Source: a virus. Taken from it: a stretch of 64,000 nucleotides of DNA. The notes beneath the pieces were generated by a model. That model was given only the letters and a program-made list of their open reading frames with translations. It was not told the DNA's origin and ran no database searches. The translations under genes were made by a program, and so were the position numbers. Shown one piece after another: positions 56,299-64,000 of the stretch; within the stretch, counting starts at the first letter, position 1; each line of letters starts with the position of its first letter. The stretch is taken from positions 1-64,000 of IMG/VR virus record IMGVR_UViG_3300044922_000290; one strand, 5' to 3'.

Positions 56299-58307
56299 TG
56301 CTTACGAAAGAAGACATACATAATTTTACTGAAGTAAGAAGACACTTTGAAGAATATAACTCTTATTGCCCCTTTCCCGAATCTCGTACACCTAACTCAC
56401 GTTGGATGCAATTCTGGAATAGAGAGCAAGAAAGAATATTAAAGGGTTACTACTACACAGAAGATAAATTTATTACAGGAGAACTATACTATTATTTCAA
56501 TTATAGTATAATGGATAAGACTGTAGAAGAAGGTGGAATGACTTTTTCCATTAATGGATTTCCAGTAACTTGGGATGGTACTATTGAAGTAGATGGGTAT
56601 TATCAAGAGGCACATAGAAATAAAAAAGATTGCTTCATACTCAAAGGTCGTAGGAAAGGTTTATCTTACTATGCAGCAGCATTAGCTTCTAGAATATACC
56701 ATTTTAAAAGAAACAGTAATGTATTTATTGTAGCAGCAACAAAACAATATATTTTAGGTGCTGACTCTACAATGACTAAGGTACTTCAGAATGTTGACCA
56801 CATGTCTTTACATACACCTTTTGGTAAACTACGTCAAAAGATTAATAAAGCTGACCACATACGTGCAAGTTATCTAGAGAATGTAAAAGGGCAGATAATA
56901 GAAAAAGGTTACAAATCTAATATAGCTGCAATAGTTTTAGATGACCCACAAAAGTTACGTGGTAAAAGCGCAGATTTAATTATAGTAGAAGAAGCTGGTT
57001 CATTCCCTAATTTACTAGATGCAATACCTATTATAAGAAAATCAGTACAGGAAGGTATATTAAAGAAAGGTACAATATTAGCATTTGGTACAGGTGGTGA
57101 TGAAGGGCCAGGTTTTGCAGCAATGGAAACTGTATTCTACAAACCTGATGCATACGGATTTCAAGATGTAAAGAATATATGGGAAGAAGCTAAAGTTACC
57201 CAACCTTGTTGTTTCTTCTTCCCTGCTTACAAAAACTACTTGGGTTTTATAGATGAGAATGGTAACTCTTTAGAGAAAGAAGCAAAAGATTATATACTAC
57301 AGCAAAGGCTAGATAAAAAGAAATTAGGTGTGGATAATAAGACGCTGTTAAAAATGGCAGCGGAAGATCCAATTACACCTGAAGAAGCAATGCTTCGTAC
57401 AAAGGGTACTTACTTTCCGATAACTGAAGCAAAGAAAAGATTATCAGAACTATACACAGACAAAGAGTTATCAAAGCACAATGTTGGTAGATTAGAGTAT
57501 AATGAAGATAAAGTAATTAAATGGGTTGATGTACAGGATGCACAACCTCAAAGAGAATGGCCTATATTAGACCCAACCATAAATTACATAGAAGTATTTG
57601 AACTGCCTCAACAAGATAAAAACACACTTGTAGTACCTCGTAACAGATACATAGGAGGTATTGACCCGTACAATCAAGACCAGACAACAAACTCTGAATC
57701 AGTTGGTTGTATGTTTATAATGGACTTATGGACTGACAGGATTGTATGTGAGTATACAGCTCGTCCTGAAAGAGCAGAAGATTTCTATGAAACTTGTAGA
57801 CGTATTTTAGTTTGGTACAATGCAACAGCAATGTATGAAGCTTCTGTAACCCTGATGTATAAATTCTTTGAGAGAAAACAACAATTGTATTTATTGGCAG
57901 ATACTCCTTCTTACTTAAGAGATAGAAATACTTGGAGAGAAGGGTTAGATACTTCAAAAGGTATAAAGCCAACTGAAGATGTAAACAAAAGAGGAAGAGA
58001 ATCACAAAAAACCTGGATGCTATCCGACTTAGATGTAACTACAGGTTCCAAAAAAATAGATACCATAAGATCTGTAGGTTACTTAAAAGAAGTTATAAAC
58101 TGGAATAAGGATGGTAACTTTGATAGAGTATCTGCAATGAACATGCTATTCTTGTATAGAGAAGACCTTACAGATGATGTTGCAGAAGAAAGGAAAAAAC
58201 CTAAGTCAAATAAATTCGGTAACTTTTTTACCAAATTTAAAGTACAAAGGAAGTTAACAGACATTTTCGATAAAGAAGATTTTGAAACATTTGAGAAATA
58301 CAGATAA
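56298..58307 (+). CDS. terL: Terminase large subunit
   Basis: LKGRRKGLSY, IVEEAG, FGTGG, GGIDPY and NFDRVSA motifs. Confidence 0.93.
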   Translation: MLTKEDIHNFTEVRRHFEEYNSYCPFPESRTPNSRWMQFWNREQERILKGYYYTEDKFITGELYYYFNYSIMDKTVEEGGMTFSINGFPVTWDGTIEVDGYYQEAHRNKKDCFILKGRRKGLSYYAAALASRIYHFKRNSNVFIVAATKQYILGADSTMTKVLQNVDHMSLHTPFGKLRQKINKADHIRASYLENVKGQIIEKGYKSNIAAIVLDDPQKLRGKSADLIIVEEAGSFPNLLDAIPIIRKSVQEGILKKGTILAFGTGGDEGPGFAAMETVFYKPDAYGFQDVKNIWEEAKVTQPCCFFFPAYKNYLGFIDENGNSLEKEAKDYILQQRLDKKKLGVDNKTLLKMAAEDPITPEEAMLRTKGTYFPITEAKKRLSELYTDKELSKHNVGRLEYNEDKVIKWVDVQDAQPQREWPILDPTINYIEVFELPQQDKNTLVVPRNRYIGGIDPYNQDQTTNSESVGCMFIMDLWTDRIVCEYTARPERAEDFYETCRRILVWYNATAMYEASVTLMYKFFERKQQLYLLADTPSYLRDRNTWREGLDTSKGIKPTEDVNKRGRESQKTWMLSDLDVTTGSKKIDTIRSVGYLKEVINWNKDGNFDRVSAMNMLFLYREDLTDDVAEERKKPKSNKFGNFFTKFKVQRKLTDIFDKEDFETFEKYR

Positions 58308-60758
58308 ATGTTAGGACAAGTAAAATTACTCCCAGACCAAATGGTGTCTGATGAAAAGAAAGCTACCAAAGAATGGCAGAAGAATAATTTAGATGCTTTT
58401 GAAAACATTATTATGTTTGAGAATCGTCAATTACGACCTACCTTATATAATAAGTTTAACAACTATAATCTAAAGAGAGGGGTAATAAACCAAGCAGATT
58501 TTGAGAAAATACTAGACCCACAGGGACTAGGATTAAATTCTTTCCCTGCAAGATTAGAACATATGGGTTTTGGTAATGCCAAAATAGACCTACTTGTAGG
58601 GGAACATATGAACCGTAGGTTTGATTGGAGAGTAACACTTTCTAATAATGATGCTGAAGGTATTTCAGGAAAAGAACAAAGAATGATGGGTAGGGTAAAG
58701 CAAGAACTTGTAGATATGTTACAAGGGAACCTACCTGAAGAAGAAGCACAAGCAAGACTACAAAGGCTTTCTGATTACATGAACTATGAATGGCAAGATG
58801 TAGCAGAATCAGGAGCTCAAAAGATATTAAAGTATTATTACAAACAACAGGATTTAGATACAATATTTAACAGGGCATTTGAAGATGCTCTGATTGCAGG
58901 TGAACAAATAGTATTTACAGAAGCACTAGGTAAAGAACTCTTTATAAGAAAAGGAGACCCAACAAAAATCTTTACCATTATGTCTGCTGAATCAATAGAT
59001 GAATCAGGACTTGAGGCACTAGTAGAGGTAAGCTACCAAACAGTATCAAATGTACTAGACAATTTCCATCCTTACTTAGATACAGAAGCCATAGCTAAAC
59101 TACAAGCCTTTAAAGGTATCTCACCTTTTGGTGGTACATCTGGTTGGACTTACCCTACTTATGGGCCTGTAGGTGAACTTGCAGTACCTGATAATTCTAT
59201 TACAGCTTCAGGTATATTTCCTGTATCTGAATTAGAAAGAACACTATTTGCAACAAACATAGATGTGAATGGTAATATGCGTGTTGTGCATTGCTTGTGG
59301 AAATCAAAAAGAAAAGTAAAACTACTTAAGTCTTTCAACGAAGAAACAGGACTGGAAGAAGAAAAATATGTACATCAAAAGTACAAAGCTAACAAACTTT
59401 TGGGAGAAGAAGTAGTAAAAGAAATGTGGGTAAATGAATGGTGGAGAGGTTTTAAGATTGGGTATGATATATACGTAAAGATAGAACCTGTACCATTCCT
59501 TTCTACATCACTAGACAATATCTCACGTCAAGAACCACCTGTTACTATACAGATATATAATACAAATACTTCAAAGGCACAATCCTTAATGGATATTTGT
59601 AAACCCTTTGATTATATGTTAGATGTACTTTACTTTAAAAAGAAACATTTAACATCACTTATGTTACCTGACGTGTTGGTATTTCCTACTTCAATGATGC
59701 CTGATAACATGAATCTTGAAGAGTTCATCAATTATATACAGACTACTGCAATCATGCCTTTAGATCCTACTGCTGAAATAGACAATGGAGCATTGGCAGG
59801 TAAAGCAGCAGGACAAATAAACAATACAGTAGGAGCACAAATAGTATCAGCAGCTCAAAATGGCCCACTATCAGTAATAGGTTCACTTATAGATACTACT
59901 TTACAAAGTATGGATCAGGTAACTGGCATTACACAACAAAGACAAGGCGCTATACAAAATAGAGAATTAGTAGGTAACGTAGAAAGGTCTGTAACACAAT
60001 CTTCTCATATAACAGAGAAATGGTTTAGGCTGAATGATAAATTTAAACTAAGGACGTTACGTAAAGTAATGAATATTTCTATTCAGCAATTCAAGGAGAA
60101 CCCAAAGAAATTCCAATACATATTAGACGACCTTACAACATTAGTCTTATCAGATGAAGAACTTACAGCAATACAAGCTTCTGAATTTGACTTGCATGTA
60201 ACCAACTCTACTAATGATGCACTAATAATGCAGAAGATAGAAGGCTTATTCCAAGTTGCAATGCAAAATGGTACAGCTACTCTTTCTGATGTACTTGAAA
60301 TCTACCAAAATGAATCTATTGCTAATGCAACTGCCAAACTTAAACTACGTGAAAAACAAAGACAAGAGAAAGCAGCTGAAGCAGAGAAACAACAAATAGA
60401 AATCAAAAAACAACTTGATTTAGCTGCACAAGAAATAGAAGATAGAAAAGTAAGGTTAGAAGCTGCACGTCTAGAACTAGAAAGATATAAGATAGATACA
60501 GACAGAGAAACTAAACTGGAAGTAGCTCAACTACAAGCTCAATCATTTGACCCTGAAAAGGATTATAATAATAACAATGAGCCTGACTATTTAGAAATGA
60601 GAAAACTAGATTTAGAACAACAGAAGATAGAATTACAACGTCAATCTGAATCTATAAGAGTTTCACTAGAACAACTAAAAGAGAAGAATAAGAAAGAGAT
60701 AGCTCAACAAAAGCTAGAAGTAGATAAAATAAAAGCAAGAAAAGGTGGAAGTAAGTAA
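58308..60758 (+). CDS. Portal protein
   Basis: 816 aa right after terL; KIDLLVGE, TGITQQRQG...VGNVERSV and a coiled-coil C-terminus, typical of crAss portals. Confidence 0.88.
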   Translation: MLGQVKLLPDQMVSDEKKATKEWQKNNLDAFENIIMFENRQLRPTLYNKFNNYNLKRGVINQADFEKILDPQGLGLNSFPARLEHMGFGNAKIDLLVGEHMNRRFDWRVTLSNNDAEGISGKEQRMMGRVKQELVDMLQGNLPEEEAQARLQRLSDYMNYEWQDVAESGAQKILKYYYKQQDLDTIFNRAFEDALIAGEQIVFTEALGKELFIRKGDPTKIFTIMSAESIDESGLEALVEVSYQTVSNVLDNFHPYLDTEAIAKLQAFKGISPFGGTSGWTYPTYGPVGELAVPDNSITASGIFPVSELERTLFATNIDVNGNMRVVHCLWKSKRKVKLLKSFNEETGLEEEKYVHQKYKANKLLGEEVVKEMWVNEWWRGFKIGYDIYVKIEPVPFLSTSLDNISRQEPPVTIQIYNTNTSKAQSLMDICKPFDYMLDVLYFKKKHLTSLMLPDVLVFPTSMMPDNMNLEEFINYIQTTAIMPLDPTAEIDNGALAGKAAGQINNTVGAQIVSAAQNGPLSVIGSLIDTTLQSMDQVTGITQQRQGAIQNRELVGNVERSVTQSSHITEKWFRLNDKFKLRTLRKVMNISIQQFKENPKKFQYILDDLTTLVLSDEELTAIQASEFDLHVTNSTNDALIMQKIEGLFQVAMQNGTATLSDVLEIYQNESIANATAKLKLREKQRQEKAAEAEKQQIEIKKQLDLAAQEIEDRKVRLEAARLELERYKIDTDRETKLEVAQLQAQSFDPEKDYNNNNEPDYLEMRKLDLEQQKIELQRQSESIRVSLEQLKEKNKKEIAQQKLEVDKIKARKGGSK

Positions 60759-61107
60759 ATTTATTGGAAGATTATTCCATGCACGTGATACAGCACATCT
60801 ATATCATTTATCATTAGAAGGCCCAGGAGCATATGCAGCACATGTAGCAGCAGAAGCCTTTTATGATAAACTATTAGATTTTACTGATACTCTAATAGAA
60901 TCACATCAAGGTAAGTACGGGCTATTATCTTTAACTATACAAGCTTCCTATACAGAAGTAAGTAAAGATTTTATCTCTTATCTTAAAGCACTATTGACTT
61001 ATATTGAAACAGAATGTCCCTTTACAGACTCTGATGAACTCAATATTATAGACGAAATAAAGACTCTTACTAAACAAACCTTATATAAATTAACGTACTT
61101 GAAGTAG
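60745..61107 (+). CDS. Ferritin/Dps-like four-helix protein (DUF5856-like)
   Basis: HLYH...YAAHVA...FYD...D..IE..QGKYG...LYKLTYL. Confidence 0.7.
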   Translation: MEVSKFIGRLFHARDTAHLYHLSLEGPGAYAAHVAAEAFYDKLLDFTDTLIESHQGKYGLLSLTIQASYTEVSKDFISYLKALLTYIETECPFTDSDELNIIDEIKTLTKQTLYKLTYLK

Positions 61108-61209
61108 GTTTTATATACAAGTTATATATAATTGCTATATATGCCTATAATTTTAATTTTAATTAATGCAACAAATAGTTAATATTTGTGCGTTTAAAAC
61201 ACATATTTT

Positions 61210-62355
61210 ATGGAAATAGAAAATTTAGAAGTTATTCCTTTTGACCAGATTGGTAAAGAACCAGAAGTAAAAAAGGAAAAAACAGCAGCAGAAGAAGAAC
61301 CAAAGAAAACTGAAGTAACATCAGACGATGGTCTTATTGCTTTTGATGACTTAATGAAGCCATCAGATGAACCTGTGGAAGGTAAAGAAGCTCCAAAGAA
61401 AGTAGAAGAAAATACTAATGTACTTTCTAAAACCCTTAAAGCTCTTTACGAGAAAGAAGGACTAGAGTTTAATGAAGAAGAGTTTGATGGTACTATAGAA
61501 AGTTATCTTTCTCTGCAAGAAGATTTATCTGACAGAAAAGCACAAGTAAAACTAGACTCTCATATACAGAACAACCTTAACCCTCTTAATAAGAAGTTCA
61601 TTGAGTTAGTTGATAGTGGTGTACCAGTTGAAGATGCAGCAGATTTAATGAAATCTCTAAAGACTATCTCACAAATTAACAAAGATGATATTGCTTCAGA
61701 TTTAGAGTTAGCTGAAAAGATACAAAAAGAATACTTGCGTAATACAACTAACTTTTCTCCTGATAAAATAGACAGGGAAATTAAGAAGTCTAAAGAGGCA
61801 GGTGTATTAATGGAAGAAGCTGAATCTAACTATGATGAGTTAGTTGAAGTAGTAAATAATTACGAAGCACAGCTAAAACAAGAAGTAGCTAAACAAAGCC
61901 AATACCAACAAGCTCAAGCACAAAGGCAACTACAAGACTTACAAGACTTTATTGAAAGTACTGAAGAAATTGGTGGAATAAAGTTATCTAAGAAACTTAA
62001 AGAATCTTGGACTAAGGAATACCAAACAGTTGAAGCTAATGGTCAGAAAGTAAATCCAATATTTGCTACCCGCCAAAAAGATGAAGCTAAGTTTGATGCT
62101 CTTTTACGTTTCTATCATACCATTGGTTTATTTAAATATGACACTCGCAAAAAGGATTTTATTCCTGATTTAAGTGTTCTTAAAAATGTAGGTAAAGCTG
62201 ATGTAATAAAAGAACTAGAAGCAGCTATAACTAATAACAACCAGAAAAGCATAAACAAATCATTTGGTACTACCTCTACAGATACTATGGAACAGGTAAT
62301 AAATGATGGTTATGCCAAACTAGCAGAAGCAGTAAAAAACAAAAAAATAAAATAA
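61210..62355 (+). CDS. Acidic head-assembly protein (probable scaffold)
   Basis: Acidic and helical; directly upstream of the capsid gene. Confidence 0.65.
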   Translation: MEIENLEVIPFDQIGKEPEVKKEKTAAEEEPKKTEVTSDDGLIAFDDLMKPSDEPVEGKEAPKKVEENTNVLSKTLKALYEKEGLEFNEEEFDGTIESYLSLQEDLSDRKAQVKLDSHIQNNLNPLNKKFIELVDSGVPVEDAADLMKSLKTISQINKDDIASDLELAEKIQKEYLRNTTNFSPDKIDREIKKSKEAGVLMEEAESNYDELVEVVNNYEAQLKQEVAKQSQYQQAQAQRQLQDLQDFIESTEEIGGIKLSKKLKESWTKEYQTVEANGQKVNPIFATRQKDEAKFDALLRFYHTIGLFKYDTRKKDFIPDLSVLKNVGKADVIKELEAAITNNNQKSINKSFGTTSTDTMEQVINDGYAKLAEAVKNKKIK

Positions 62356-62379
62356 CAACTAAAAAACAAATAATTTAAA

Positions 62380-63903
62380 ATGATTGAAAATTTTGGAACC
62401 CTCTCAAAACTAGGCCCTAAAAGTTACATTGGGCCTTTGAAAGTACCTCACTTGGGTGAACTAGGTGAGAAATTTGGCTACGATGTAGAAAAAATGGTCT
62501 ATCGCAGATTGTTTCAATATCTACCTGCTGATGATTATATCGCATTTATGCGTGAATTTCCAGTACATGCCTTAGACACTAGCAATGATTATTTCTTCTG
62601 GCGTCTTGGCGGTACTAATCAAAAGGTAGTAACTCTACTTGACTGGTCTGACTTAGCAGGTGCTAAACCTTCTAAAGTAGGTCAAAATAACGCTCAATGG
62701 TATATGTACTTTGCTGAGCCTCTATTTAAGGTTGGTGATGTAGTTCTTGGTGATACACCTCTTGACTACAATATCATGGTTAAAGATTTTACAGAGGTTT
62801 CTAAAGACAAATATGAGTACCGTGTAGAACTTATTAATCAAGGTTCTCCTCTAATGTCTGTACCTGATTCAGAATTAACTGTAGGTTCAAACTGGTCTAA
62901 AGGCTGGCAATTGTCTCCTAACGAGCGTTCTTACCAAGGTACTGATTTTTATATGAATACCTTTGTTGAGCTTAAAGCCCCTACTTCATTGCACCGTATG
63001 CAATACAAAGTAGATGGTAACATGATTGAGCAAAACAAACCAATGCCTTTTGGTATGGTATTTAAAGATGATGCAGGTGCTAAAATCTCTGTAGGTGCTT
63101 ATGTAAACTACTTTGATGCTCTTGCTATCCATCAGTTTGAAATGCAAGCTGCCCGTGCTTTCATTCTTTCTCAAAAGAACTATGATAGCTCTGATATGGT
63201 TTATAACATTGACGAGAAAAACAAATGTGTTATTAAATCATTCCCAGGTTTCTTCAAACAAATTGCTGCAACAAACACTATTCCTCAAAACTCTATTAAC
63301 TTAGACCAAATAGTTGACATTGCACAAGACTTGAACTTGGCTTACAAATATGATGAGCAACTTTACCTAGTAATTGAAACAGGTTACTATGGTTACCAAG
63401 AAGCTTCTAAATGGCTAGAAAACCGTTCAACTACTTACACTCCTAACTGGACTTTACATCGCATTCAAGAGAATGGTGATATGGGTGGTCAAGGTTTAAC
63501 TTACCAAGGTGTATTCACTCGTTTCCGTTCTTACAATGGTGTAAACATTGAAATACGTTTCCGTAAGTTCTTTGATGATCCTGAATTGTGGAAACAAAAA
63601 GATCCTTCAGGCTTAGGTCTAGTATCTTCTCGCCACATGTTAATCCGTTCAGGTGTTAAAGCTGATGGTCAATTCCTAGGTGATAGTGGTATTAAACGTC
63701 TATCTGTGAAAGCTTACGAAGATGGTATCTTCCGTTACATTCCAGGTATGCGTAACCCATTCTCTCCAGGTGGTACAGGTTGGGCAGGTAAATCTTCTAC
63801 AGTATCTCCTGAAGATGCTTATGAAGTACATGGTATGATGTATAATGGTTGCGTTATCGAAGACCCAACTAAAATACTATTCTTGCCACGTAACGTAGCT
63901 TAA
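62380..63903 (+). CDS. Major capsid protein
   Basis: 507 aa in terL-portal-scaffold-MCP synteny; biased codon use; RYIPGMRNPFSP motif; followed by a hairpin. Confidence 0.85.
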   Translation: MIENFGTLSKLGPKSYIGPLKVPHLGELGEKFGYDVEKMVYRRLFQYLPADDYIAFMREFPVHALDTSNDYFFWRLGGTNQKVVTLLDWSDLAGAKPSKVGQNNAQWYMYFAEPLFKVGDVVLGDTPLDYNIMVKDFTEVSKDKYEYRVELINQGSPLMSVPDSELTVGSNWSKGWQLSPNERSYQGTDFYMNTFVELKAPTSLHRMQYKVDGNMIEQNKPMPFGMVFKDDAGAKISVGAYVNYFDALAIHQFEMQAARAFILSQKNYDSSDMVYNIDEKNKCVIKSFPGFFKQIAATNTIPQNSINLDQIVDIAQDLNLAYKYDEQLYLVIETGYYGYQEASKWLENRSTTYTPNWTLHRIQENGDMGGQGLTYQGVFTRFRSYNGVNIEIRFRKFFDDPELWKQKDPSGLGLVSSRHMLIRSGVKADGQFLGDSGIKRLSVKAYEDGIFRYIPGMRNPFSPGGTGWAGKSSTVSPEDAYEVHGMMYNGCVIEDPTKILFLPRNVA

Positions 63904-63916
63904 ATTTAATTAAACA

Positions 63917-63955
63917 TTTTGGGGCTAGTATAAATTTCGTATATTAGCCCCAAAA
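63917..63955 (+). terminator. Hairpin after the capsid gene, with a promoter-like loop
   Basis: TTTTGGGGCTA/TAGCCCCAAAA inverted repeat; contains TTTCGTATATT, also seen near 54190. Confidence 0.6.
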
Positions 63956-63963
63956 TTATTTTT

Positions 63964-64000
63964 ATGGAAAAAGAAACAAAAACAAAATCAGCTCCTGCTG
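63964..64000 (+). CDS. Start of the next structural gene (3'-partial)
   Basis: ATG GAA AAA GAA..., open to the window end. Confidence 0.5.
   Translation, partial: MEKETKTKSAPA

Noticed and set aside
35552-63903. Introns or inteins in polA, terL or the capsid gene
   Set aside because: These ORFs are continuous, of normal length and show no intein or homing-endonuclease motifs.
1-64000. Stop-codon reassignment (TAG or TGA), known in some crAss-like phages
   Set aside because: Long genes are intact in code 11, TAG and TGA act as real stops (e.g. 15548-15550, 37384-37386), and I found no suppressor tRNA.

Overview
A 64-kb, AT-rich segment of a crAss-like (Crassvirales-type) dsDNA phage, probably infecting a Bacteroidota host, read in the standard genetic code. 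It has three blocks. (1) 1-15550 (+): two giant putative virion-ejected proteins; the first is a >3100-aa RNA polymerase (DFDID motif) whose frame is open to the window edge. (2) 15580-51084 (-): the early and replication arm, with PolA, DnaB-like helicase, primase, SF2 helicase, AAA ATPase, rIIA/rIIB, uracil-DNA glycosylase, a spore-photoproduct-lyase-family radical SAM enzyme, dNMP kinase, a ParB-like protein, tRNA-Arg(UCU) and many small orphan genes. (3) 51326-64000 (+): the late arm, with groEL-groES, an HU/IHF-like gene, terminase, portal, a ferritin-like protein, a probable scaffold and the major capsid protein. The most interesting signals lie around the divergence point. A ~590-nt non-coding stretch holds a twister ribozyme with a compensatory pseudoknot change and an exact canonical bacterial parS site. 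A series of long intergenic RNA stems punctuates the early arm, and a pseudoknotted RNA candidate precedes groEL. Also notable are a small lipoprotein consisting almost entirely of a T9SS-like sorting tail, and a tRNA with a compensatory U19:A56 elbow pair. All calls come from motif recognition by eye; no database searches or folding programs were run.
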